A DNA stretch of 64,000 bases from a virus (Duplodnaviria; Heunggongvirae; Uroviricota; Caudoviricetes): positions 1 through 64,000 of IMG/VR virus record IMGVR_UViG_2713896899_000007; one strand, given 5' to 3'. Below are positions 38,960 to 48,736 of this stretch, in pieces (position 1 is the first letter of the stretch; each line of letters opens with the position of its first letter). Under the pieces are notes generated by a model. That model saw only the letters and a list, made by a program, of their open reading frames with translations, was not told where the DNA came from and ran no database searches. The position numbers and the translations under genes are program-made.

Positions 38960-39105
38960 GGTACGCCACCGTTCCTGAACCGGCATCGAGCCTTTTCCCG
39001 AAATCCACACAGGCAACTCTACCGTTTCCCTGAAAATCCCCAGCCGTTCCCCGAAGGCAACCCAGCCGTTTCTGTAGCGGGATGCAGCCTTTCCCTGTAT
39101 GGACC
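38960..39105. repeat. iteron-like direct repeats (cluster 2), about six copies at ~22-bp spacing
   Basis: CCGTTTCCCTGAAAATCCCCAG / CCGTTCCCCGAAGGCAACCCAG / CCGTTTCTGTAGCGGGATGCAG and flanking variants. Confidence 0.55.
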
Positions 39106-40176
39106 GAAGGCTGACCGTAGGGGTGTTACGGGGGATAAAATCAGGAGTTGAATAAATACGAAAAAGGAGGCGACACCCCTACTTCCCTCTCCACTTATAC
39201 ATACCAGGCTTCTTCGCTATACATGTTGTGTTTTCTTCGTGTTTTATCTGTCTCAACCTCTCTATAGGCGTTAATGCTCACTCCTACCAGAACGTTCTAT
39301 ACGGCGACTATTTCTGTTGGTGGATTAGGTGTGTTGTTTTCTCTGTCGGTGTATGTGGTTTCGTTCGTTTTGCGGTGGTTCTTCTATGGGGTGTTCTCGT
39401 CGTTTTGGTGATTGTTCTTCTCCGTATATGGAGTAATGGCAGGTGGGCGATTGCTTTCGTTATTGTGTTTGAGTTGTTTGTCTGGAGTGTGTGAAAGGCT
39501 TTTGTAGTTATTCGTGTATTGGGTAATGGCGTTTCCCGTGATTGTTATGTTTCGTGTCTTTTGGGATTGAGAGAAACCTTGCGGTTACAGGCTTCGTTGG
39601 GGTTTCAGTGATTCTGGTGTTTCTTCGCTGTTTGGGGAATGGCGTGTCGTGGGTATCGCGCGTGTGAATGTTTTCGGATTGCCTGTGAAAGTTAGGTTGG
39701 TTATCCGGTAGCCTGGGAAGAAGAGGTGGGTCTTTTCGGTAGCCTGCCATAAAGAGGTTGGTTGTTTTTGGGAATGGCATGTGTGTTATTTAGTTGTTTT
39801 GTTATGCCTGAAAATAAGTTGTTTATATGGTTGTGTAACGCAACGGGAGCGATTTTGAGCGTGTGTTTTTGTTGGTAGTGTGTTGAGTCGTCTGTGGTGA
39901 AAATTGGACGCTGTGGAGCTGTCTGCTGCGTAGGATTACGGGTATAAGAAGTGATGTGTGAAAACGTCAATTTTTTAGACCAAATCGGGAGAAAGCGTTG
40001 ATGTTTCGTTGATCTGTTATTTAGTTGTTTTCTTATTGGTATAAACAACTGTAACCTATTGATATTTAAGGATGTGATTGCAGGCATGGAAGGGGAGTAG
40101 TGGCGATCAACGGATTCTTATAGAAAAGAATCAAATTGTGACCGCCATTATCAACGGTTTGAATATGTTTGCAGAT

Positions 40177-40476
40177 TTACCAGTTCCAGCACTCAAGCCC
40201 TTCAACGACCGGCGCACCACAATCAAAATGTACAGAGTCAAAGCCTACATCAAGTACTTTCTGAATGTTAGCAATCGCGCCTTCGGATATACCATATCGA
40301 CGCAAGTCGTCTTTCCAGACATCATCCTGTAACCCGGCGTGGACAATACAACCGCCATCAATTTGTGAAACCCAATCCAGCTCATTGCTTGCGATCATGA
40401 ATCGGCGAGCATCTTCCTCTGATGTATGAGATGAACTGATCAATGCCACCTGGTAGGCTTGGGTAATGTTCAACAT
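40177..40476 (-). CDS. hypothetical protein
   Basis: track start is GTG; moved to next ATG, which has a GGAG RBS; motif B upstream. Confidence 0.35.
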   Translation of the reverse strand: MLNITQAYQVALISSSHTSEEDARRFMIASNELDWVSQIDGGCIVHAGLQDDVWKDDLRRYGISEGAIANIQKVLDVGFDSVHFDCGAPVVEGLECWNW

Positions 40477-40539
40477 TTCAACCACTCCAAAACAAGTTGT
40501 TTTCTTATGTGGCTTATTATCTCTAACAACAAAAGGCAG

Positions 40540-40690
40540 AAAACAAATTGTTTTAGGTACTGTGTAAATCAGAAGGGATTGTGTCTATATGAAAATGCCC
40601 GGCGTGTTGCCGGGCATTGCGAAGAGAGGTTGTTTAATTACTTAACCTGGTGGCCAGGTTTAGCACCGGCATCCGGCTGCAGGATGGGAG
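40540..40690. repeat. direct repeat copy 1: diverged duplicate of metG 3' end (last ~12 codons plus stop), terminator hairpin and motif B; att-like
   Basis: about 85 percent identical to 41398-41550 over ~150 bp. Confidence 0.6.
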
Positions 40691-41367
40691 GTTACGTTCG
40701 CGCTATGTTGATATTCTGATTGACGCCATTTGTGCCAAATCATCTCCTTATAGGATTCATATTGCGTTCGGTACTCTGGCTTCAAGTCAGATATGCCTTT
40801 ATTCACTACCGCTCGTACGTTTACTAATAATTCGTGCTCAATGCCTTTACTCTCTAAATATTCTACAACACCAGCATCGGGGCCAATTGCCCTGCCGTTA
40901 AAGACCATTTCCAGCATAAGCTCTGTTTCAGCAAAATAGATAGGTGAGGAACCAGGTGCACACAGCTTAATAGCAGTAAGATTGTCCAACAGGTCGGCCA
41001 ATTTAATCATTCGCGTCTGCATATCCAACGTCTTTTGCAATTCGCGAACATTAATAATGAATCTCGCAAGACTATCGCCGTCGTCTGGTTTGGCAACGTT
41101 TGCCAGCGCCAGTACCATCTCAGCTACACGATTCCCGAAATACTCGCGTACCATTTCGATAGTGATATGGGTATCTTCAATAACACCATGTAATAATGCA
41201 GCAGCCTGCATTTCGACAGTGCCTCCGTGCCAAGCAACAATCTCACGCACAGAAACTGGGTGTGTAACGTAGTCTTCCCCCGTATATCTACGCTTCTTAC
41301 CTACACCACCATACACTCCAACGGCAAACATATGAGCTTTATCAACAATCGACATAATTTGCTCCAT
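40660..41367 (-). CDS. SpoT/Rel-type HD-domain hydrolase paralogue, HG variant of the HD motif, chimeric C-terminus
   Basis: HPVSVREIV...ALLHGVIEDT...MIKLADLLDN; 3' end reads into the metG-derived repeat in another frame. Confidence 0.55.
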   Translation of the reverse strand: MEQIMSIVDKAHMFAVGVYGGVGKKRRYTGEDYVTHPVSVREIVAWHGGTVEMQAAALLHGVIEDTHITIEMVREYFGNRVAEMVLALANVAKPDDGDSLARFIINVRELQKTLDMQTRMIKLADLLDNLTAIKLCAPGSSPIYFAETELMLEMVFNGRAIGPDAGVVEYLESKGIEHELLVNVRAVVNKGISDLKPEYRTQYESYKEMIWHKWRQSEYQHSANVTSHPAAGCRC

Positions 41368-41397
41368 TATTTTGTTAATACTGTTACTCTAACTGAT

Positions 41398-41550
41398 AAT
41401 AGAACGCAGAAAACAAATTGTTTTAGGGGCTGAGTAAATCAGAAGGGATTGCGTCTATATGAAAATGCCCAGCAATACGCTGGGCATTGTGAAGAATGGT
41501 TGTTTAGTTACTTAACTTGGTGGCCTGGTTTAGCACCAGCATCCGGGCTT
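41398..41550. repeat. direct repeat copy 2, overlapping the true 3' end of metG
   Basis: homologous to 40540-40690. Confidence 0.6.
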
Positions 41551-43541
41551 AACAGGAAGATATCTTTCCCGCCGGGGCCAGCAGCCATCACCATGCCTTC
41601 GGAGATACCGAAGCGCATTTTACGCGGAGCCAGGTTAGCCACCATAATTGTGTGACGACCAATCAGTGCCTGTGGGTCTGGATAAGCAGAACGGATGCCT
41701 GAGAAGACATTACGCTTTTCACCACCGAGATCCAGTGTCAGGCGCAACAGTTTGTCAGAACCTTCAACAAACTCCGCGTTTTCAATCAGCGCCACACGCA
41801 GGTCAACTTTGGCGAAGTCGTCAAAGGTGATGGTTTCCTGAATCGGGTCGTCAGCCAGTGGGCCAGTAACTGGCGCGGCAGTAGCTTTCACTTCTTCTTT
41901 GGATGCTTCCACCAGTGCTTCCACCTGTTTCATATCGATACGGTTATACAGTGCCTTGAACGGATTCACTTTATGGCCCAGCAGCGGTTGCTGGATACCA
42001 TCCCAGGTCAGTTCTGTATTCAGGAATGCTTCTGCACGTTCAGTCAGTTTCGGCAGTACCGGTTTCAGATACGTCATCAGCACGCGGAACAGGTTAATGC
42101 CCATAGAGCAAATCGCCTGCAGATCTGCATCGCGACCTTCCTGCTTCGCCACCACCCACGGAGCCTGTTCATCGACATAGCGGTTAGCCAGGTCAGCCAA
42201 TGCCATGATTTCACGGATAGCTTTACCAAATTCGCGGCTTTCCCATGCTTCGCCAATCACTTCAGCGGCATCAGTAAAGGTTTTGTACAGTTGCGGGTCA
42301 GCCAGTTCGCTTGCCAGCACGCCGTCAAAACGCTTGTTGATAAAGCCTGCATTACGGGAGGCCAGGTTAACCACTTTGTTAACAATATCGGCATTCACTC
42401 GCTGAACGAAATCCTCCAGGTTGAGATCGATATCATCAATGCGCGAAGAGAGTTTCGCAGTGTAGTAGTAACGCAGGCTGTCAGCGTCAAAATGATTCAG
42501 CCAGGTGCTGGCTTTAATAAAGGTGCCGCGAGACTTGGACATCTTCGCACCGTTCACCGTCACATAGCCATGAACAAACAGGTTGGTCGGCTTGCGGAAG
42601 TTGCTGCCTTCCAGCATGGCAGGCCAGAACAGACTGTGGAAGTAAACGATATCTTTACCGATGAAGTGGTACAGCTCGGCGGTGGAGTCTTTCTTCCAGT
42701 ATTCATCGAAGCTGGTGGTATCGCCGCGCTTGTCGCACAGATTCTTGAAGGAACCCATGTAGCCAATCGGTGCGTCCAGCCAGACGTAGAAATATTTACC
42801 CGGCGCGTTCGGAATTTCAAAACCGAAGTAAGGTGCGTCGCGGGAGATATCCCACTGTTGCAGACCAGATTCAAACCACTCCTGCATTTTGTTTGCCACC
42901 TGCTCCTGCAACGCACCGCTGCGGGTCCATGCCTGCAACATTTCGCTGAAAGAGGGCAGATCAAAGAAGAAGTGTTCAGAATCACGCATTACCGGGGTAG
43001 CACCAGAAACCACCGATTTCGGCTCGATCAGTTCAGTCGGGCTGTAGGTCGCGCCACAAACTTCACAGTTATCGCCGTATTGATCTGGCGCTTTACATTT
43101 CGGGCAGGTGCCTTTCACAAAACGATCCGGCAGGAACATGCCTTTTTCCGGGTCGTACAACTGAGAGATAGTGCGGTTTTTAATAAAACCGTTCTCTTTC
43201 AGGCGAGTATAAATAAGCTCAGACAGCTGGCGGTTCTCTTCGCTGTGCGTCGAGTGATAGTTGTCATAGCTGATGTTAAAGCCTGCGAAATCAGTCTGGT
43301 GTTCCTGACTCATTTCGCCAATCATCTGCTCCGGTGTGATACCAAGTTGCTGTGCTTTCAGCATGATCGGCGTACCGTGGGCATCGTCGGCACAGATGAA
43401 ATTAACCTCGTGGCCGCGCATTCGCTGGTAACGAACCCAGACATCAGCCTGGATGTGCTCCAGCATATGGCCGAGGTGGATTGAGCCGTTAGCGTACGGC
43501 AGCGCGCACGTCACCAGAATTTTCTTCGCGACTTGGGTCAT
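41508..43541 (-). CDS. metG: methionyl-tRNA synthetase (host gene)
   Basis: 677-aa product with HIGH-type motif ([11 protein letters not shown]) and KMSKS; near-identical to enterobacterial MetG from MTQVAKK; the longer track ORF is an upstream in-frame extension. Confidence 0.95.
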   Translation of the reverse strand: MTQVAKKILVTCALPYANGSIHLGHMLEHIQADVWVRYQRMRGHEVNFICADDAHGTPIMLKAQQLGITPEQMIGEMSQEHQTDFAGFNISYDNYHSTHSEENRQLSELIYTRLKENGFIKNRTISQLYDPEKGMFLPDRFVKGTCPKCKAPDQYGDNCEVCGATYSPTELIEPKSVVSGATPVMRDSEHFFFDLPSFSEMLQAWTRSGALQEQVANKMQEWFESGLQQWDISRDAPYFGFEIPNAPGKYFYVWLDAPIGYMGSFKNLCDKRGDTTSFDEYWKKDSTAELYHFIGKDIVYFHSLFWPAMLEGSNFRKPTNLFVHGYVTVNGAKMSKSRGTFIKASTWLNHFDADSLRYYYTAKLSSRIDDIDLNLEDFVQRVNADIVNKVVNLASRNAGFINKRFDGVLASELADPQLYKTFTDAAEVIGEAWESREFGKAIREIMALADLANRYVDEQAPWVVAKQEGRDADLQAICSMGINLFRVLMTYLKPVLPKLTERAEAFLNTELTWDGIQQPLLGHKVNPFKALYNRIDMKQVEALVEASKEEVKATAAPVTGPLADDPIQETITFDDFAKVDLRVALIENAEFVEGSDKLLRLTLDLGGEKRNVFSGIRSAYPDPQALIGRHTIMVANLAPRKMRFGISEGMVMAAGPGGKDIFLLSPDAGAKPGHQVK

Positions 43542-43698
43542 AGTAGGCATTACTTCTTTGTAGTGAAAAGGGGCTTGATAGTAACAAAATGGCCTTATGT
43601 CTGCCATGTGATAACAGCATTTCTCATAAATGATTAAATGTCGTAGCTGGAGTACACTACAAGGCGACAATTGCGCAAATTAAAATAAAGGAGACGGG

Positions 43699-44799
43699 AT
43701 GAGCGAGTCCAAATCGCCGGATGCCCTGAGAGCAATGGTAGCCGGTACGCTGGCTAATTTTCAGCACCCAACCCTGAAACACAACCTGACTACGCTTAAA
43801 GCGTTACACCATGTTGCGTTGATGGATGACACACTGCATGTCGAACTAATCATGCCTTTCGTGTGGAATAAGCCTTTTGAAGACCTGAAAGAGCAATGTA
43901 GTGGTGATCTGCTCCGTATCACTGGCGCAAAGGCTATTGACTGGAAGCTGTCGTACAACATTGCCACGCTTAAGCGCGTCAAAAACCAACCAGGCATTAA
44001 TGGTGTTAAGAATATTATCGCCGTAAGCTCAGGCAAGGGCGGTGTAGGCAAATCGTCCACAGCAGTAAACTTGGCACTGGCGTTGGCTGCTGAAGGTGCG
44101 AAAGTTGGTATTTTGGATGCCGATATCTACGGGCCATCAATACCAACCATGCTGGGCGCGGAAAACCAACGTCCAACCTCACCGGACGGTACTCACATGG
44201 CACCTATCATGTCTCATGGCCTGGCAACCAATTCAATTGGCTATCTGGTCACCGACGACAATGCAATGGTGTGGCGTGGACCGATGGCCAGCAAGGCGCT
44301 GATGCAGATGTTGCAGGAAACACTGTGGCCTGATCTGGACTATCTCGTTCTCGATATGCCGCCGGGCACTGGTGATATTCAGTTGACGCTGGCGCAGAAC
44401 ATTCCTGTAACTGGTGCGGTTGTGGTAACTACGCCGCAAGACATCGCGCTGATCGATGCGAAGAAAGGCATTGTGATGTTCGAAAAAGTCGAAGTGCCAG
44501 TACTGGGTATCGTTGAAAACATGAGTGTGCATATTTGCAGTAACTGCGGTCATCACGAGCCAATTTTTGGCACCGGTGGCGCACAGAAACTGGCCGAGAA
44601 ATACAACACGCAGTTGTTAGGCCAAATGCCACTTCATATCTCTCTTCGTGAAGATCTGGATAACGGAACACCAACCGTTATTAGTCGTCCAGATAGTGAA
44701 TTTACGGCTATTTATCGTGACCTCGCAGATCGCGTTGCTGCCCAAATGTATTGGCAAGGTGAAGTAATACCTGGCGAAATCGCATTCCGCGCAGTGTGA
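43699..44799 (+). CDS. apbC: Fe-S cluster carrier ATPase ApbC/Mrp (host gene)
   Basis: deviant Walker A SGKGGVGKS and CxxC motif; divergent from metG as in E. coli. Confidence 0.95.
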   Translation: MSESKSPDALRAMVAGTLANFQHPTLKHNLTTLKALHHVALMDDTLHVELIMPFVWNKPFEDLKEQCSGDLLRITGAKAIDWKLSYNIATLKRVKNQPGINGVKNIIAVSSGKGGVGKSSTAVNLALALAAEGAKVGILDADIYGPSIPTMLGAENQRPTSPDGTHMAPIMSHGLATNSIGYLVTDDNAMVWRGPMASKALMQMLQETLWPDLDYLVLDMPPGTGDIQLTLAQNIPVTGAVVVTTPQDIALIDAKKGIVMFEKVEVPVLGIVENMSVHICSNCGHHEPIFGTGGAQKLAEKYNTQLLGQMPLHISLREDLDNGTPTVISRPDSEFTAIYRDLADRVAAQMYWQGEVIPGEIAFRAV

Positions 44800-44836
44800 T
44801 AAAAAGGTGGTGCATTGCACCACCTAAACAGTTCTC

Positions 44837-45226
44837 CTACATCACAGGACAATCATCAAACTCGCCACTTCTTGCGTCGTTGATAATGTGAGTGATCACA
44901 CCAAACACGGCATTGCTGCCCGTGCATCCATCGTCATCCTTTGGCAATGCTTCCTTCTTACCAGTTCTTAAATCCTCCAGATGCTGACGTGGATACTTCC
45001 GGTATCTTTTTACGCGATATTCCCCATCCAGAGCGCATACAAGCAGAGAACCATCAACCGGGGTAAGTGAGGAATCGACCACCAGCAATGCGCCCTGCAA
45101 TATTCCCTCACGATGATGGCTGTCAGCCGCTCTCATGAAGTAGGTCGCTGAAGGATGTCTAATTATCTGCTGATCAAGAGAAATACGGCTCTCAGCATAA
45201 TCCGCCGCAGGAGAAGGGAAGCCCAT
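44837..45226 (-). CDS. UmuD'-like S24 peptidase-fold protein (HumD-like, naturally lacks the UmuD N-terminal arm)
   Basis: begins MGFPSPAADY, i.e. at the residue after the UmuD Cys24-Gly25 cleavage site; Ser and Lys of the S24 dyad present. Confidence 0.7.
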   Translation of the reverse strand: MGFPSPAADYAESRISLDQQIIRHPSATYFMRAADSHHREGILQGALLVVDSSLTPVDGSLLVCALDGEYRVKRYRKYPRQHLEDLRTGKKEALPKDDDGCTGSNAVFGVITHIINDARSGEFDDCPVM

Positions 45227-45398
45227 AGCGTTTTGCCCTCAATACTGTTCATTTATACAGTATACATGAAAGAAGCTCACTCAGTGCAACTGATCGGTAC
45301 ATAGCACCAGACAAAGGAACATTATTTTCTCGAACAAGAAAAGGTAGAAAACAAATTGTTTAAGGCCACAGCTAGTGGCCTTAATGGAGAAGGGATGC

Positions 45399-45962
45399 TT
45401 ATTGGCTATGGCTAAAAATCAAATGAGACACTTCATTTGGTTGTAGCTCGTCAAGATCCGGGGCCACAAAACCTTTTCCGAAAGACTTCACAAGTGATTC
45501 ACCTGCCGCATCATTGTCACCTATTACGCGAAAGTCATACGGCAGCATTGCCAGTTGACGACGTAATCCTGCTGAGAAAGTCGAACCTAACAGCGCCCAC
45601 GAATTTCCGCCCGCGTTGTGCACTGCTGCACTTTTAAAAATCGACTCAGTTATCCATATCGGTCCATCTTTTAAAGGAAGATAGGTTCCCCATAGTAGCT
45701 GTCTGCCGTGCGCACGTGTGAAATACCGGGCCATCTTCGGATTGCTATGCTGCTTAGGAGCGCCTGGTCTGTATGTCTGATACCCGGCCAACATCCCATC
45801 AAACCTGTATAGAGGGAATGTAACAACTCCTTCGCTTTCATCGATCCACTGTCTATATGGATGCACATCATGGCGGTAGTTACGAGTTAGCAAATGAGCT
45901 TCCAGCTTTCCAAATTTAGTCATAACTTCGCATCCCTCATAACACTTCCCATTTATCACCAT
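45399..45962 (-). CDS. hypothetical protein, possible TOPRIM-like fold (tentative)
   Basis: VIGDNDAAG motif; start may be internal (MTKFGKLE). Confidence 0.35.
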   Translation of the reverse strand: MVINGKCYEGCEVMTKFGKLEAHLLTRNYRHDVHPYRQWIDESEGVVTFPLYRFDGMLAGYQTYRPGAPKQHSNPKMARYFTRAHGRQLLWGTYLPLKDGPIWITESIFKSAAVHNAGGNSWALLGSTFSAGLRRQLAMLPYDFRVIGDNDAAGESLVKSFGKGFVAPDLDELQPNEVSHLIFSHSQ

Positions 45963-46791
45963 ATTTCTCCATAGCTCTTAGCCAATAAACATGGCCACTA
46001 GGCATAGTGATGTGAGGCTCGCCAAACTCTTCTCCATGCACATCAAAGATGTCCCCAACAGAGAATTGGGGGATTTCTGTGCCGTTTTCACCTATATGCG
46101 TAATTCGTATACGTTTCGGTTGAGATTCGCCCCCTTTGAGCGAGTTGTTCACGGCTCTTGCAATCTTCTCCCGCAATTGCTGCGTTCCGTGATACGTAAC
46201 CGCAATATCCCTCAACTCGTTCACCAGTTCTCGAATCTGGTGATCTTTAAGCTCATTATTTGAGTGATTGGCAACAACTCTGGTTAATTCACCCTTGTCT
46301 TTTGCTCTTACGTATGCAGCTCTTGTGCATTCGACCCATGTATTACCGCCTACATTAACTTCGTAGATTAGGCTGGACTTATCTGTCAATTCGGAACAAA
46401 TACGGGCCGTGGTCTGGCAACTAGAGCATTCGCAGTTATCGCGGAAACCGTGGTCTACTGGCTTCGGTTTCACATCATCAACTTTTTCTACCCTATTGGA
46501 ATTTAAATACTTCGAAGCCTTGCTATGCCAATCGCTGGTTTTAGGATCTTGTCCATCCATCAAACGCCAGGCTTCAGCGATTAACTCATAACTAGTGACT
46601 GTAGCTTCCTGAGCATCACCAATAAGTCGTGTAATCTCTCTTTCAAGCCGACCGCCTAACTCCGTTTTAGTGCAATGTTCTGACCAATCGCCAGCCTCAA
46701 GAAGCGCGAGAATGTTTAAAATATCGTCCAATAGAACGGTAGTATTTTCGACTTCCTTCTGAAGCTCTCCGGCTGCTGATTTATGCGTCAT
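45937..46791 (-). CDS. hypothetical protein
   Basis: 284-aa ORF with Cys cluster CECSSCQ. Confidence 0.4.
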   Translation of the reverse strand: MTHKSAAGELQKEVENTTVLLDDILNILALLEAGDWSEHCTKTELGGRLEREITRLIGDAQEATVTSYELIAEAWRLMDGQDPKTSDWHSKASKYLNSNRVEKVDDVKPKPVDHGFRDNCECSSCQTTARICSELTDKSSLIYEVNVGGNTWVECTRAAYVRAKDKGELTRVVANHSNNELKDHQIRELVNELRDIAVTYHGTQQLREKIARAVNNSLKGGESQPKRIRITHIGENGTEIPQFSVGDIFDVHGEEFGEPHITMPSGHVYWLRAMEKYGDKWEVL

Positions 46792-47042
46792 TCATCATCC
46801 TCATCACAGGTTGAGAGTAGTGGGTTAGTCATTCGTCCTACTTGAGTGGCGTAGCCACGCCGACAGAGATTGCGCAGCACACTGTATATTTCGAACATCT
46901 CGGTTCGTTCATCGCCAACATCAAGCTCAGATGCCATAGCGTGGCATTCAGCCGCGAGAGCCGATATTTTCTGAAATAACTCTGCTTTATTCACTGTTCG
47001 ACTCCTGCGGCGGTTCTGGTAGTGGCATCCAGTGTGTGACAT
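46788..47042 (-). CDS. hypothetical small protein
   Basis: 84-aa ORF coupled to neighbours. Confidence 0.35.
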   Translation of the reverse strand: MSHTGCHYQNRRRSRTVNKAELFQKISALAAECHAMASELDVGDERTEMFEIYSVLRNLCRRGYATQVGRMTNPLLSTCDEDDE

Positions 47043-47286
47043 TGCTAATCAGACCATATTCATTAGTTTGAGGATGATTGCCGTTATCGTCTCCGTATTT
47101 AAGACTCTCCATAAAGCCATAATGCCTATCACCATTAACGCTCACAAAGCCGTAATAAGCAGGTATAACGCCGATCTCACACGTAACCAGCAAAGGAAAA
47201 CTAGTTCTCCAATTTAGCTCGCCGATTACAGGCATCTGCTCACTACAGCTTATCCAACCATCAGGAGTAACCGGATAGTTGCGCAT
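46987..47286 (-). CDS. hypothetical protein, possibly DUF551-like
   Basis: DGWISCSEQMP motif resembles a lambdoid early-region family. Confidence 0.35.
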   Translation of the reverse strand: MRNYPVTPDGWISCSEQMPVIGELNWRTSFPLLVTCEIGVIPAYYGFVSVNGDRHYGFMESLKYGDDNGNHPQTNEYGLISNVTHWMPLPEPPQESNSE

Positions 47287-47636
47287 TGCGACCTTAAATG
47301 CCTCATTTTCAGATTATTGAACTGACGCCCGTTTAGAGGGCCATGTTCTGTCAACATGTTGTGTAATTTCCATGCCGCGTCGTTAACTTCGTTGGATGAT
47401 CTGGGAGGCAACTTGCAAGTTTGGCTTACAGGTTCTGCACTATCAGCTTCGCGCCGCTTCTGTAGCTCTGCTGCCATCGCTCTCACGACTTCAACTGGTG
47501 CCCTTGCAGCAAACTCTATGTTGGTGATCAGCTCATTAAGATATTGCTCGCCTGGATACTGTTTCTTATCGGTTATAGTAGTCATATCACTCTCCTTTTC
47601 CCTGAAGCATAGCGGCACGGCAGGCGTTCCATCCAT
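47250..47636 (-). CDS. hypothetical protein (start possibly internal at MTTITDKK)
   Basis: ORF in tightly packed early operon. Confidence 0.35.
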   Translation of the reverse strand: MDGTPAVPLCFREKESDMTTITDKKQYPGEQYLNELITNIEFAARAPVEVVRAMAAELQKRREADSAEPVSQTCKLPPRSSNEVNDAAWKLHNMLTEHGPLNGRQFNNLKMRHLRSQCATIRLLLMVG

Positions 47637-48009
47637 CTGCGTAACAATCTCTGTGCGTCTTGAAATTTGTCACCGCTCTTGGTACATCCTTTACATCTAT
47701 TTCATCAGGCACAATCGGCGCTGGAGGGGCTGCGTAGACCTCAATAACTCCATTATCAATAGGCCACTCCCCATCCTTGATGTAGTCACTTGTGCCGTCA
47801 ACTTGCTGTTCTGCAATGTGGAATGCACCTATTGGTTTTGCTTCCAGCGAGGCCAGTGCAATTCGTGCCAGTTTTAGATCTCGTTCAACCATCTCAATAA
47901 CAACTTTGCAGTCCGCACCTTCTTTACTAACACGTCCTTTCAAGTCTTCCAGATAACTAACGCTTTCGCGTGCATGGGAGATTAACTGTTCTTTGGTTAA
48001 GGTGGTCAT
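47587..48009 (-). CDS. hypothetical protein
   Basis: 140-aa ORF. Confidence 0.4.
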   Translation of the reverse strand: MTTLTKEQLISHARESVSYLEDLKGRVSKEGADCKVVIEMVERDLKLARIALASLEAKPIGAFHIAEQQVDGTSDYIKDGEWPIDNGVIEVYAAPPAPIVPDEIDVKDVPRAVTNFKTHRDCYADGWNACRAAMLQGKGE

Positions 48010-48194
48010 TAGGCAGCTCTCTCAACAACAAGCAATTCGTCGTAGTCATAATCAGTTTCGGAACCATCCGTACCGAACAGAGTCACTTTGTCATCTTCCA
48101 TCCAAAAAGATTTAACCGCACATTGTTGACCTTTAGATGTTATGAGCACATCACCAGGGATTACGTCTTCAGCGCGAACTTCTAGTGTTCTCAT
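48009..48194 (-). CDS. hypothetical small protein
   Basis: 61-aa ORF, start/stop coupled. Confidence 0.3.
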   Translation of the reverse strand: MRTLEVRAEDVIPGDVLITSKGQQCAVKSFWMEDDKVTLFGTDGSETDYDYDELLVVERAA

Positions 48195-48736
48195 CGTGCT
48201 GACCCCTCTTTGGTTAAAATGCCTGCTGCAATGCTGTTTATGATGCTGTCAGTGCATGGAGTAGAAAGCTGGGCATCTCCAGCAATTTTCATGACTTCGA
48301 CATCCGCATATCGAATACCGAGGTGTATCAGACCTGCTATACCTGACTTAAGTCGAACATTTTCCATAAACAGATCCTTTTCCCGCTGTTTAACGGTCTC
48401 CAGCTCAACACGCAGTTTCTCAAGCGTTAGGGCCATCTCTACGTTCTCCTGCTCAAGACGTCGGATGTGTTGCTGTCTTTTATCCATTTCGTCCAGCAGT
48501 GCAATCACATCGGGATCACTATCATCAACTACTGTTACGCGTGATTTTTCATAATGTTCGTCTGCAAAAGTACGCCCTATCTTAAAATATCCGTCATCAC
48601 CCTCACCGGAACAGGCATAAACAACATGTGCTCCAGATATGCGCTGTATTGACATTTCCTCGCCACAAACAGAGCATTTAGGCGCTGGTTTTGGTGAATA
48701 ACGTTCACGTAACGTCAGGTAGTAAATCTCGCTCAC
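48191..48736 (-). CDS. hypothetical zinc-ribbon / coiled-coil protein
   Basis: CSVCGEE...YACSG Cys cluster then heptad-like region. Confidence 0.4.
   Translation of the reverse strand: MSEIYYLTLRERYSPKPAPKCSVCGEEMSIQRISGAHVVYACSGEGDDGYFKIGRTFADEHYEKSRVTVVDDSDPDVIALLDEMDKRQQHIRRLEQENVEMALTLEKLRVELETVKQREKDLFMENVRLKSGIAGLIHLGIRYADVEVMKIAGDAQLSTPCTDSIINSIAAGILTKEGSAR

Noticed and set aside
39228-40087. ORFs of 88-128 aa in the GT-skewed segment
   Set aside because: Low-complexity translations driven by strand composition, overlapping on both strands, with no RBS; treated as non-coding.
41508-43670. Extended 720-aa metG ORF in the track
   Set aside because: The extra 43 N-terminal residues are an in-frame upstream read-through; conserved MetG begins at MTQVAKK, giving 41508-43541.
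43761-44823. Several minus-strand ORFs (60-107 aa) inside apbC
   Set aside because: Antisense to a well-conserved host gene; no support.
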